Shown: positions 39,067 through 52,889, numbered from the whole stretch's first letter. The stretch: DNA of 63,744 bases, filler included, from Chiloscyllium plagiosum (GCF_004010195.1; 4 parts of one record of this genome joined end to end with filler, not necessarily neighbours in it), one strand, 5' to 3'. The notes: generated by a model from the sequence alone, not told the origin. Numbers and translations are program-made.

Positions 39067-39424
39067 TCATTTTTAGTCTTCCAACATCCTTCAATTTTCG
39101 GTCAATATTCCAGTAGATCTTTTGATTACTTTTTGTACCTCTGCAAGAGTTCTTCACGATCAGTGCATATGAACATCTAATTCCCTTTGCTCCACCACAA
39201 ATCCTAACCTTTCACCATTTTGAAATGGCTGATTTTCTTTGTAAAAGGCAATAGTTCAGGAGAAGTTAATACTCATGTCACATTGGTTTCACCCACTCTA
39301 TTGATGTCAAGTAGAAAATGAATTCTACTGTAATCATTCAAGGGAAGAATGTATCTAGCAGATTCCTAATGTCTTAGTTATGAAACCTGACCAAATGTCA
39401 TTAAACTATTTTTACAATGCAACA

Positions 39425-40392
39425 AAAATTTTTGATATCTAAGAACAGTGCCCTCCTATGTAGATACTCAACAGTTATGTATCCTCTTCCTACATCATGA
39501 GATAGTCCCAAAACAAAGTAAATATAAAGGAAGAATGGTGGGAAAGACTTACCCCAACAATCCTTGCTCAATACCACAGACAACTGGACATAGCAAATAT
39601 GGGTATCACGAGAGGTCATCTGGGAAAATACCACATGGTTGCAATAGTGTGAATCTGAGCTGCAAACATGGGAAGAAGACATCCAGAAAAATGTGAAACA
39701 AAGGGACCATTGCACAGAGTAGCAAGATATATTCAATTTAAAACATGATGTGGAGGAGCCTGTGTTGGACTGGGGTGGACAAAGTTAAAAATCACACAAC
39801 ACCAGGTTATAGTCCAACTGCTTTATTTGGAGTGCTGCTCCTTCATCAGATAGCTGTGGAGCAGGATAATAAGACACAGAATTTATAGCAAAAGATGACA
39901 GTGTCATGCAACTGAAACGATATATTGAACAAACCTAGATTATTGTTCATTGTTAATTCCTGATGAAGGGCTTATGCCCGAAACATTGATTCTCCTGCTC
40001 CTCGGATCCAGCACCACACTCTCAACTATAACCTGGTGTTGTGCAATTTTTAACTCAATTTAAAACAGCATTCGTGAATTTGATAAAACAATCTTAAGGA
40101 GTAGCAGATCACAAACAACAATGAAACTGTGCCGATATAATACAGTTTTAAGGTACTGACATAAGAAATGGAAAAAGGCATAATACTGCCTCACAGTTTC
40201 AAGGTCAGAGGTGCCTCATGCAGACACTAGATTTGACTTCATGGATGCCCAAGACCTTCAGTGCTTCAAAACTAAACAGCAAGCGTAGAAGGAACAAACA
40301 GAACACCGCAGAACAGGAGGGTGTTACATTGGCAGGAGCTCAATATAGTACAACAATCTCCTTTAGAAAAAGTAGCTCTCGCATTTGTAGGC
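39425..40392 (+). pseudogene. Putative viral L C-terminal relic, EVE piece 6 (split by the 39746-40054 insertion)
   Basis: A-rich ORFs 39448 and 40218; KQSKYKGRMVG loosely like the Q....G.W.G cap-binding pattern. Confidence 0.35.
39746..40054. mobile_element. Chimeric family B / family A pLTR insertion
   Basis: Family B minus arm, family A hammerhead at 39960, family B end; one 13-bp TSD TCAATTTAAAACA. Confidence 0.85.
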
Positions 40393-42435
40393 GAAAGAAC
40401 AAAGAACATTACAGCACAGGAACAGGCCCTTCAGCCCTCCAAGCCTGCGCCGATCCAGATCCTCTACTAAATCTGCCTCCTATTTTCTAAGGATCTGTAT
40501 CCTTTTGCTCCTGCCCATTCATGTATCTGTCTAGATACATGTTAAATGATGCTATCGTTCCCGCCCCTACCATCTCCGCTGGCAACGCATTCCAGGCACC
40601 CACCACCCTCTGCGTGAAGAACTTTCCATGCATATTTCCTGTAAACTTTTCCTCTCTCACTTTTAACTCAAAACCCCTAATAATTGTGTCATCCGCTCTG
40701 GGAAAACATTTCTTGCTATCCACCCTGTCTACACCTCTTATAACTTTGTAGGCCTCAAACAGGTCCCCCCTCAACCTCCTTTCCAATTAAAATATTCCAA
40801 ATCTACTCAACCTCTCCTCATTGCTAGCACCCTCCACACCAGGCAACATCCTGGTGAACCACTTCTGCACTGTCTCCAAAGCATCCACATCCTTTTGGTA
40901 ATGTGGCGATCAGAACTGTATGCAATAATCCAAATGTGGCCGAACCAGTCTTATAAACTGTAACATGATCTGCCAACACTTGTACTCAATTCCCCATCTG
41001 ATGAAGAAAAGTATGCCGTATGCTATCTTGACCACCCTACTTGGAGAGAAAGTGAGGACTGCAGATGCTGGAGATCAGAGCTGAAAATGTGTTGCTGGAA
41101 AAGCGCAGCAGGTCAGGCAGCATCCAGGGAACAGGAGAATCGACGTTTCAGGCATAAGCCCTTCTTCAGGAATCAAGATTATGCCCGAAACATCGATTCT
41201 CCAGTTCCCTGGATGCTGCCTGACCTGCTGCGCTTTTCCAGCAACACATTTTCAGCTCTGACCACTCTACTTACCTGCCACCTTCAGTGAACAATGAACC
41301 TGAACACCCAGATCTCTCTGTACATCAATTTTCCCAGGACTTTTCCATTTACTGTATAGCTCGCTCTTGAATTGGATCTTCCAAAATGCACCACCTCGCA
41401 TTTGTCCGGACTGAACTCAATTTGCTATTTCTCTGTGCAACTCTCTAATCTATCTATATTCTGCTGCATTCTCTGACAGTCCCCTTCACTATCTGCAACT
41501 CCACCAATCTTAGTGTCATCTGCAAACTTGATAATGGGACAAACTACACCTTCCTCCAAATCATTTATGTATATCACAAACACAGTGATCACTGCATGGA
41601 TCCCTGTTGGACCACCACCAGTCACAGGTCTCCACTTTGAGAAATTCCTTTCCACTACTACTTTCTGTCTCCTGTTCCCCAGCCAGTTCTCTATCCATCT
41701 AGCTGGAACATCTTGGACCCCATGCAATTTTGCCTTCTTCATCAGCCTACCATGTGAAACCTTATCAAACGCCTTATTAAAGTCGATGTATAGGACATCT
41801 GCAGCCCTTCCCTCATCAATCAACTTTGTCACCTCTTCAAAGAATTCTATTAGATTTGTAAGACATGACCTTCTCTGCACAAAACCATGCTGCCTATCAC
41901 CGATAAGCCCATTTTCTTCAAAATGGGCATATATCCTATCCCTCAGTATCTTCTCCAGTAGCTTCCTTACCACTGACGTCAGGCTCACAGGTCCACAATT
42001 ACCTGGATTATCCCTGCTACCCTTCTTAAACAAGGGGGCAACATTAGCAATTCTCCAGTCCTCTGGGAAATCCCACCATGTTCAAGGATGCAAAGTTATA
42101 TGTTAGAATCCCAGCTATTTCCTCTCTCGCTTCCCTCAGTAACCTGGGATAGATCCCATCCAGACCTGGGGACTTGTCCACCTTAATGCATTTTAGAATA
42201 CACAACACTTTCTCCATCCTTATGCCGACTTGACTTGGTAATCAATGATCTATATCTAAACTCAACATCCACTATGTCCCTGTCCTCAGTGAATATCAAT
42301 GCAAAGTACTCATTAAGAATCTCACCCATTTTCTCTGATTCCATGCATATCTTTCCTCCTTTGTCCTTGAGTGGGCCACCCTTTCCCTTGTTACCCTTAT
42401 GCTCCTTGTATATGAATAAAAGGCTTTGGGGTTTA
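40393..42435 (-). mobile_element. CR1 LINE, 5'-truncated
   Basis: ORF 41425-42033 FKKGSR..PVSLTS..QHGF..DFNKAFDKV..KFADDTK. Confidence 0.96.
41043..41258. mobile_element. Inverted family-A pLTR insertion in CR1
   Basis: Inverted arms, hammerhead 41142-41169 (-), TSD TGACCACYCTACTT. Confidence 0.9.
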
Positions 42436-42654
42436 TGTCAATAGAATTCCATTCCATTACATTTAAGACTAATACAAGTACCAAGGCCATTACTGTATCA
42501 GACTTGTTACCATAGCTAAAGAAGAAGAAGCTACAGTCTACAGAGATAAGACTAAGTGATGTTAGTGGAATAACTATCAAGAGCATGAGAATGCTGCAAA
42601 TTACACTGTAACACAAGAGAGTTGAAAATGCCTACGTTGCTCAGAATCAACATA

Positions 42655-43120
42655 CATAAGAACACAATGACATGCAAACACACAAACAAGAAACAACTGT
42701 ATGCCATTTGGCCCTTTGAGCGGGATCCAACAAGATCATGGCTGATCTGATTTTAACCACAACGCTATCTTCCCGCACATCCCCGGTAATCTTTCATCCC
42801 CTTGGTGATCAAGAATCTATCTACCTCTGCCTTAAAAATATTTAAAGATTCTGCGTCCACTGATTTTTGATGAAGGGAATTCCAAAAATTCACAACCCTC
42901 TAAGAGAAAAATAAGTTTTCTTATCTCTGTTTTAAATGGGCACTCCTCTTATTTTTAAACTGTAAACTCTACTTCTGGCTTCTCCCACAAAGAAACATCC
43001 TTTCAATATCCAACTGGACAAATCCCCTCAGGATCTGATACATTTCAATTTAAGGTCACTTTTGATTTTTCAAAACTCTGGAGGATGCTCTGTTTAGCCT
43101 CTCCTCAAATGGCAACCTGT
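42655..43120 (-). mobile_element. CR1 3' end, degraded
   Basis: 3'UTR like 33562-33797. Confidence 0.75.
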
Positions 43121-43189
43121 TCAATCCAGGTATAAGGCCAGAACAGTCTTCACTTTTAAGTCTGCACAGATACTTAGTGCAGTAAATAC

Positions 43190-43320
43190 ATTCCTGAAGA
43201 AGGGCTTATGCCCGAAACGTCGATTCTCCTGTTCCTTTGATGCTGCTTGACCTGCTGCCCTTTTCCAGCAACACATTTTTAAGCTCTGATCTCCAGCATC
43301 TGCAGTCCTCACTTTCTACC
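43190..43320 (+). mobile_element. Short family-A insertion with intact hammerhead (43194-43221)
   Basis: CTGAAGAAGGGCTTATGCCCGAAACGTC; 15-bp TSD AGTCTGCACAGATAC. Confidence 0.92.
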
Positions 43321-43382
43321 AGTCTGCACAGATACGTCAACTTCCTCAGGACAGTAGACGGAGTTTGGCTACTTCTCAACTG

Positions 43383-44438
43383 GTCCAGATACAAACTGCT
43401 GTCAAGCAACCAATCAAGGGCAAAGCACTGGGATTCTCAGACCCAGCAAAACCAAAAATGAAAAATAATCCGTTGGGGCTTCCCACAGTGGCATAAAATA
43501 AATATTTCATAATACTGAGAAAAATCAGTGTCCAGCAAGCCAAAATCAGTCAAACAAATTCAGCAAGCAGAGAAAAGTAACCGAGACTGTGCTACCATTC
43601 ATCAGTATTGTATGAAGACTGGCCGGTCCAAACAGCATAAACAGCATTTCACAATCCTGAATGGTTTTTACAGAATTGATTAAAAACAAAGACTGGTTAT
43701 TTCAGCTTTTCTTTGGGGAGTTGAATTGAAAAGGTCATGCCCAGATATTTCAAAATCACCAGGTGGACAGTCAGCACTCAAGTCAGTGGAGCAATTACCA
43801 GACAGTATAAAAGTGCCATATATGCCATAATCCATTGTGAGACCTGTTATTAATAGGATTATCAGGCTTGAAATTAATCCTGTCATCACTGCTGAGAGAT
43901 AAAAAGATAAGTCCAGATACAAACTGCTGTCAAGCAACCAATCAAGGGCAAAGCACTGGGATTCTCAGACCCAGCAAAACCAAAAATGAAAAATAATCCG
44001 TTGGGGCTTCCCACAGTGGCATAAAATAAATATTTCATAATACTGAGAAAAATCAGTGTCCAGCAAGCCAAAATCAGTCAAACAAATTCAGCAAGCAGAG
44101 AAAAGTAACCGAGACTGTGCTACCATTCATCAGTATTGTATGAAGACTGGCCGGTCCAAACAGCATAAACAGCATTTCACAATCCTGAATGGTTTTTACA
44201 GAATTGATTAAAAACAAAGACTGGTTATTTCAGCTTTTCTTTGGGGAGTTGAATTGAAAAGGTCATGCCCAGATATTTCAAAATCACCAGGTGGACAGTC
44301 AGCACTCAAGTCAGTGGAGCAATTACCAGACAGTATAAAAGTGCCATATATGCCATAATCCATTGTGAGACCTGTTATTAATAGGATTATCAGGCTTGAA
44401 ATTAATCCTGTCATCACTGCTGAGAGATAAAAAGATAA
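43383..44438 (+). repeat. Tandem duplication, 2 x 528 bp
   Basis: 43383-43910 and 43911-44438 appear identical. Confidence 0.95.
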
Positions 44439-47074
44439 AACATACTGAGGTTTTCCACAAGAAATAAATAATGAGTACAAGAATGAACAGTACAGGTTAC
44501 CTGAGCTCTCTGATGAATCTTTAACTGACTATATTTGGACAGTACTACAGTCTGATGAATAAACTGAGAAAGCAGAGCAGTCAATGTCAGTGGCAGAGGT
44601 AGTGCTGAGTGAGCAGCAATATTTCAGTAAGATCACTGAGAGTTTGAAGAAGTCAGTTTCGCCAGTCAAATAATCACAGAGGATGATAGATGTCCAAACC
44701 GATCAGAATTCCATGGGAGCCAGGCTGATGTCCATAGATTCAGGTCATTGTCAGAAAGAAAAAAACTACCTAATCTAAGCTTTTGGGAATAGTGCAAAAA
44801 ATACTTTATCTCTTCCAATTAGAAAGAGATTGCTTGATGCAGAAATCTGGGATAACTCTGTTGCAGATCCTAACAATCGCTAAGCTCCTAATAGCTATGG
44901 CTGACCAAAATATACACTTGCCTCCTCTGTAAATACTCTGCAGTGGTTTATACTTTACTAGCAATCACTATAGGCCCAAGTCAAAGGATGACCGATGGCA
45001 GCAAACTACATTTAACAACTCTTACCAGATTCCAAAATGTAACCGAAGTGGTCTTCTGGATAAAGACAGCACAATACATGCCTTTCAGATCCATAGTGAA
45101 TGACATTGCCCTTGCACCCCATTTCTCCTTGCTTTGCTTAGTTTCTCTGAGTTTATCTAACTTGGTTTAGTTTACTTCTTTCCCTGTGAAATTTCTTGGT
45201 GTCATCTACACAACTTATTGTGCTTCATCACTTAGTGCAGTAAATACATTTGGATATGCAACTCACTGTTTCTTCATTCAATTCATTAATATACAATGGC
45301 AAAAAGCTAAAGTACCAGTCTGAATGCTATGGAAAAAAGCTATTAGTTATATCACACCAACGGGGAAATGTTCTGGAGTACCATGTTCATCACTGGTCAT
45401 CTTATTCAAGGAAGGGTGTAATGCGCTGGAGACAGATCGCACACGAATGGAACTACCGCATTATCAGAACTGACTGTATGATTTATTAACTGCTCTATCT
45501 GCCCTCCCACATTTCATGACTCATTCACATATACCACCAGGACTCCCTGATCATGCACACCTTTTAGAATAGCATGTTTTATTTCATACTGTCCCTTCAT
45601 GTTTTTGTACAAATGTGCATCACCTCACATTTCTCCACATTGAATTTCATTGGCCATTTTTCCACCCTATTGACCAAATTATCAATGTCCTTTGGAAATT
45701 CTACACTGGTCTCCCACAGTTCATGATGCACCCAACATTTCTAAGTGAGTGCTCTAATATTGACCGCTGAGGAATACCAATACCAACCTTCCTCCAGCCT
45801 GAAAAATGCCTGTTAACCAGGACTCTGCATTTTCTATCATTCAGCCAAAGTTGTATCCATGTTATTATGTCCTTTTATTCCATGAGCTACCAATTTTTCT
45901 CATAAATCATAGGGCATAGAATTTTATAGCATAAAATGAAGTCCCTTTGCTCATTGCACCTACATTAGTCAAATACTCTAATCCCATTTTGCAGCATTTG
46001 GCTCATAGAGGTCAAGTGGCTATACCTTTTTCCTAATTTGTATGTTCAAATGTTTGTCAGTGTTGTGAACTCTGATTAGCTGAGCAACATGCAAATTCTT
46101 AATTATAAATAAAGGTCAACTGGTTTTAAACATTAATTAACCAAGTGATGCAAATTGCCTAATACAGACGAGCGATTTGAAATTTGCCTGACAGTACTGA
46201 GATACAATTTCTTGCTTTTTAAATTTGAACAATATGTGTACTATTGCAAAGGGATGTATTGCATGAAAATGTGTGGTAACACTGATATAAAATGTTTAGC
46301 AAGTGAAGTAAGACAAGACTATCAGTAAAGACTAATGTGATGGAAATACTATATCTGATCTGGAGGACTCCTTTTTTATTTGTAGTGACACGTTCCATTT
46401 ATCTGAGGATTATGGCTCAGGTTAGCAAAATCTGGACTGCTGTTGCATAATATTCAGCATTTTATCACATAACGTTGTCAGTTATTGGGGAATAGCAATA
46501 ATCAGAACAATAACTTGTGTGATAATGTTTCCAGTCAATGAATGCCACCTACTGACACTGCAGGCAACACGACAACTGCCTAAGTGCAGTTTTGAAAAAG
46601 AATTCGCTGTTCGGCTGGATGAAGTGTAGTTTTCTTAATAAATACAGCACATCCTTGAATTTGTTGAGTGAGGACTTCACTCTGTGACATCTAGATTATG
46701 CACATCTGAAATGTAGCCTTTTTAAAGAGGCTTGTATCACTGTGTAACATGCTGATGATAGTTTTAACAGAAATGAATGTGACGGGCCAGCAGATGGAGT
46801 TACAAAGAATTAAGATGTGAAGCAATGAAGAATTGATCTTTATGAACAGGAGCTCTGAATCTGGAATACCATTTGACTGCTAACAGCTTTCTTCCACTGT
46901 TTTGTTTGAATTGATTTTATCATGCAGATGTGCAAAAACGATGTTGTATCTGGATTAAAACAATTATCACGTTTATGAAATGGAATTACAATGAACAATG
47001 ATACCACTGTACGAAATTAGCTGGAGAAAAGAAAGGTGCATAATCCTTGATGCCTGGGTCGGTGCCTGATTTTA

Positions 47075-50060
47075 ATTAGAATCACAAAATTCTTCCAGCA
47101 CAGAAGGAGGTCACTCAGGCCAATGTGTCACTGCCAACTCTCCAAATCAGCAGTTCAACTAGTGCCTTTCTCTTCTCTCTCCTCCCTGTAACTCTGCTCA
47201 TTCTTTCCCGACAAATACTAATTTAACTCCTTTTTGAAAGCTATGATTGAACTTGCCCCCCAACAACATTCTTAGGTAGTGCATTCCAGACTCTAACTAG
47301 CTGAGAAATCTTTACTTTTTATTATTGCTTATTTTACTGATTACACTCACTTATTCTTGACTCTTTCACACGTGGGAACGTTTTCTCGCTATTCACGCTA
47401 TTCAACCCTCTCATGGTTTTGAATACATTAATCAGATTCCCCTCTCAAGCTTCTATTCCCCAGTTACTCCAATTTCTAATTCTGTTGCTGAAATTCCTCA
47501 TCACATTCTCATAATCCTCATCTGTACACTCTACAGTGCCTTCAGATCCTTCCTGAACCACAGCTCCCAGAACTGGATTCGCATTTAATAGGTTCAACAA
47601 AGCCTTCTTGCTCTTATCCTTCGATCCACTGTTAATGAATCTAGGATATTACAGGCTTTATTAACTGCTCTCTCAAACTGTCCTGAGGAATGATTATGTG
47701 GGGGCCCTGGGAGGAAGGTTTAGTGACCTGGCCATTTTAGTTCTGATGTCAAGGAAGGGTAATCTCCACCTTCTAAAAACCAGGCACTAGCTCTCCCTCT
47801 TCAACACAGACTGCAGAATCTTTGTGAAAACAATGGAACTTTGGAACTATGTTGGACCAGTCCTACCCGATCTCAGGTGGGACCATAAATAAAACATCTG
47901 TCTGGTCCAATATTTGATTCATCTTTCCCAGAAGACTGCACTGTCAGCCACCACCCTGATCAAGAGAAGGCATTTCATCTTGAATATCTATCCTCTTGCT
48001 ATGGACGTTAACATACCATTTGTCTTCTTCACCGCATGCTGCACCTGCAGGCTTACCTTCAGTGACTGGTGAACACCCAGATCTGACTGTACCTCGCCCT
48101 TTTCCAATCTACCACCATACAATGTACATTTCTAATTGTGCTACTAAAATAGATATCCTTACATTTATTTACATAATGCTTTATCTCACTATACATTTTC
48201 CCACTCACTCCACTTGTTAAATCACATCTCTACATCCTCCTTAAAGTTCACCCTCCCGCCCAGATTTATGTGGTCTGAAAACTTGGAGATATTGAATTTA
48301 GTTCCCTCATCTAAATCATTAATATTTAACATTCCATTTGCTTTTGTTATTACCTGCTGAACATGCATGTTACCTTTTTGAGTTTTATGCACAAAGACCC
48401 CTTAAAACCCTTTGTATTGTAGTTTTCTGCAGTCTTTCTCCATTTAAATAATATTCATCTTCATTATTCTTCTCTCCAGAGAACATTATTTCACATTTTC
48501 CCACATTATATTCCATCTGCCAAATTTTGCCCATTCCCTGTCCATATCCCTCTGCAGACTGTTTGTGTCATCCCCCACTTGCCTTTCCACCTATTCCTGT
48601 ATCATCTACAAACTTAAATGAAGTCCATTCATATTCCTCATCCAAATCATTAATATACATTGCAAATAACTGTAGTCCCAGCATTGATCTCTGCGGCACT
48701 CCAGTAGTTTCAGCCAACCTTAAAGTTTCTTCTTTATCCCAAACTTCTCTCTTCTGTTAATCAGTCAATCCTCTATCTATGCTAATATACTATGCTCAAT
48801 GACACACATCCTTAGACTGTGCCATCTGTTAACATGTTCTGTCCTCACTCCAAATTATATTTTAACTTCTGCTCTCCGCTCAGTATCAAGGATAAGTGCC
48901 TCAGTCAAGTGGTTGGACTCTCTCTCTTCAAACAGCAGTAGGTTCTGTTTTCTTGTGACCTGCTCTTCCGCTCAGTCTCTCAAAAACTCACAAGTCATAG
49001 CTTCTAATTCAACCATAAAACCATAAAAAGTGGGAACAGGAGTAGGCAATTCGGCTCCTTGTGTCTGCTCGTCATTGAATAGGATCATAACTGACCTGAT
49101 ATGGGGTGGTACAGTGGCTCAGTGGTTAGCACTACTGCCTTACAGCACCAGTGACCCTGGTTCGATTCCAGATTTGCGTGACTGTCTGTGTGGAGTTTGC
49201 ACATTCTCCCTGTGTCTGCATGGCTTTCCTCTAGGTATCCTAATTTCCTCCTACAATCCAAAGATGTGTAGGTTCAGTGAATTAACCCATCTAAATTGCC
49301 CATAGTGTTCAGGGATGTGTCTGTTAGATGCATTATTCAGGGATGAATGTACAGTAATAGGGTAGGCGAATGAGTTCGGGTGGGATACTCTTCAGAGGGT
49401 TGGTGATTACTTGTTAGGCCGAAGGGCCTGTTTCCACACTGTAGGGATTCTATGAGACATTTCTGACATCACTTTCCTTTTTCCTTCCCTATAGCCCTTG
49501 ATACCTTGACCAATTAAGAAACTATCTGTCTCAGCCGCGAATATACAGCGGGATTCTGCCTCCACAGCTCTCTGTGGCAAGGAGTTCCAAAAACTCAAAA
49601 CCCTCTGAAAAAAGAAATTCCTTCTTATCTCAGTCTTAAATTCTCTAGATTTGGAGAATGTTCCATTTGGATGGGAAGTAGCAGGTAGTAAGGAAGAGTC
49701 AACATGATTGTATAAACATCTTTGTTTTTTTGCACTGTTGAATCCCAATAATCTTGTGGGCTGACAGTGCAATTTGATGATCTTGTCAGAATCCATGATA
49801 ATTGATCAGAATGCATCAGCAGAATAATCAGTTGCTGTCTGAAGTGCTGTGCTATAAGCTAACATTGATCTTTTTAAACTGGGACTATGCCCTCTGGTCC
49901 CAAACTCTCCCTTGAGGGGAAATAGCCTCTCAGCGTTTGTCTTGTAAAGCCCCTTAACAATCCAAGATGGCTGTCAAGAATCTATATCCTAGTAGTTGCT
50001 AATTCATTAGAGTTGGCTCAACCTCTGAAATTCCTTAGTTAAAAAAAAATCCCTCCCAAT
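47075..50060 (-). mobile_element. Cluster of old CR1 fragments
   Basis: Degenerate RT and 3'UTR segments, e.g. KTEIRRNFFFQRVLSFWNSLPQ. Confidence 0.65.
49103..49453 (+). mobile_element. HE1 SINE, full length
   Basis: A box TGGCTCAGTGG, B box GGTTCGATTCC, V-domain, CR1-like tail. Confidence 0.93.
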
Positions 50061-50502
50061 CACTTTCTCTGTCCTGTGAGCTACAGGAACAAACTTTCTC
50101 CTCTTTCAGAACGAATGACTGATGGTCCCGAAGTGGTCTGCCTCTGCACTCTCTTTTGCTCCAATTTTCCATCGTCCTGAATTCCTCCAAACTTTTAATT
50201 TTCATTCCAGTTTTATTTGCCGCACACAAAGTCCTCCAACCTCTTGTTCATGTGTTTAAGTAATGGTTAAATCTGGCTTCAGTATGAGATGAAATCAGGA
50301 CAGATGATAACAGGACATCTGGGACCTGGGTATATGGGGGCTGAAAATGTGTTGCTGGAAAGGCGCAGCAGGTCAGGCAGCATCCAGGGAACAGGAGAAT
50401 CGNNNNNNNNNNNNNNNNNNNNNNNNNNNNNNNNNNNNNNNNNNNNTTAATTAATTAANNNNNNNNNNNNNNNNNNNNNNNNNNNNNNNNNNNNNNNNNN
50501 NN

Positions 50503-50850
50503 GGATAGGATAAATAGACAAAGTCTTTTCCTTGGGGTGGGGGTGTCCAGAACTAGAGGGCATAGGTTGAGGGTGAGAGGGGAAAGATATAAAAGAGACC
50601 TAAGGGGCAACGTTTTCATGCAGAGGGTGGTATGTGTATGGAATGAGCTGCCAGAGGAAGTGGTGGAGGCTGGTACAATTGCAACATTTAAAAGACATTT
50701 GGATGGGTAAATGAATAGGAAGGGTTTGGAGGGATATGGGCTGGGTGCTGGCAGTCAGGTCTAGATTGGGTTGGGATATCTGGTTGGCCTGGAAGGGTTG
50801 GACCGAAGGATCTGTTTCCGTGCTATACATCTCGATGACTCCATGAGTCT
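50503..50850 (+). mobile_element. CR1 3' end (family-A pLTR fragment at 50340-50402 precedes the gap)
   Basis: Similar to 7430-7770. Confidence 0.92.
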
Positions 50851-52889
50851 ATTTGCCTCCTTTTTTTCCCCTTATTTTCTCATTAATATCCTTAGTCATC
50901 CAAGGCGTTTTGCTTTGGATACTCCATATTTATTTCTCCTGTGATGTACCCAACTTGCACCCTAAAAAGGGGCAAAAAATAATTGGAGCCATTCTTTATA
51001 CTCTTCTGTCAGCATTTATTATCAGAGCTACATCTAATAAACATCCGCTTCCAGACCTAGCAATAATGGTTGCAGTCTGCATCTATTACAGGGGCAAAAG
51101 AGAATCCCTAGTTAATGCCCACCTCCTGCGTATGAATAAACAAATTCATATAAATAAAACTAAAGTCATAAATTTAAGAAAAGAACAAAAGTGAGAAGTT
51201 ATGAAAAGAGTGTTAGAGAATGGAATGTCTTATCAAACAGGAGCAAGTGGCAACATAATCCATAAAGCCTCAAAAAGGAAAGTGATTGATAATCTGAAAA
51301 AGAAATATAGAAGATTGGAGAAAAATGCTCAAGGTTTGGAATAAATGGATGGCTCCTTCAGGGAATTGGCATAGACATGATAAGACAATTAGCTTCCCTC
51401 TGTGCTGTGAATGCTTTGATTCCATATAAAAAGAAGAAACAACCAACCTCTAAATTAATCATTCTCTGTCAGACATCTCAGAGAAGTTCTGTCAGTGAAA
51501 GAAAATAATTTACAAAAACATCCATTATTCATCAGTTCTGGCTGAGAGTTAAAGCAATACGTAACCTAGAATGCACAATGAGAAACATTGAATTGTATGT
51601 GGGAATAAGAGCTCAAGTAATTGGTACTGATGTATCTTTCTAAGAGATCAATTTGCTATAAAAGATATTCAGTGACCACATTTTGAGATCAGTAATTGTG
51701 AAACTCTGCAGAGGTGAATACTTTTTCTGGCTATTCAACTGACAGTTTTGCAGCAGTTTAGTATTTTTTTAACAAATATTATCATTTTTGTCTCATTTCA
51801 ATTCTTTTCACATGCAAGTTTAGAATATAGAATCCATTGTTAAAAAAGAACTGAAAACTTTGACTAATTAGATAACTGTACTCAGATTCAGAGGGGCCAT
51901 TGAGTTTCAGTGTTTTAGAATCCAAGCAGGCAAATTGAGTTGGTCCAGTTACAACAGGGCTGGTTCACAAGACATTTTTTTAATGCATCTATTTTGTGGA
52001 CCCCAAATAACACGGTTCTTTTTCCCTTTTGTTCTAATCATGTAGAAAGCAATGTAAAGGATTTGATGCGCAACAAGAGGTGAAAAGATGGTGGACAAAA
52101 TATAAAGTTGCAAAATGAAAACATAGATCTTCAAGCCTGTTATCAAAGTATACTCGAATGAGTCAAAAATCAGTGTCACCATCACAGCGTTTCAGGATAC
52201 ATAATGCAACCTAATAAACCATATTTCAGTCCAAACAGCCAATCTAGGACAGCCAGTCTGATCTCAGAAGTGTCATGCAATCTTCACAAAAGGTTCATTT
52301 AAGATCTGCTACTAATTCTACATGGCAGGGTTTTTATTTGTTGTTTGAATTTTACAAATAGATAGATAGATATATATATTGGAAAAGAGAACAGAGTCAT
52401 GTACTTATCCGAATGGCTTTTAAAAGTTGTTATTGTTTCTCCATCCACCACTTCCTCAGGGAGTTCATTCCACATGCGAACCACCCTCTGTGTAAAAAAA
52501 TTTGCAACTTTCATATTGGTGACTGGATCAGGCTGTGTAATTTGATAATATCATATAGTCTTGAGTGGGAAAAAGATTGAGGGATGCAGAGGGAGACAGG
52601 TATGCCATCATCATCTCCTGATGGTCTTAGTTGTAGGTGCAGAAATTCCAATCAGGGTCCAAAAACCTACTTCAAAACTTGGTCAGAAAAAATATTATGC
52701 AACTACCTTTGATTACTTTTACACTGGAGATTTCAAGATATGGGCTTTCTGTTATGAATCTGTCCAGGAAGGTTTAAATCCATGAGGAGAGAAGGTTGTT
52801 TCAAAACTATGCTTTGTTTTACACTACTGAAAGCCATACTCTGAAGTTTAAGTGACCAGCAGATACTTTGAAAGCTACTGTGAAAGGGT

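Larger units (their letters stand above)
42436..45050 (+). pseudogene. Decayed coding-like sequence, putative distal EVE piece 7 (42436-42655, 43120-43173, 43336-45050)
   Basis: Long frames with scattered stops, e.g. MVFTELIKNKDWLFQLFFGELN and PELSDESLTDYIWTVLQSDE; no diagnostic motif. Confidence 0.3.
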
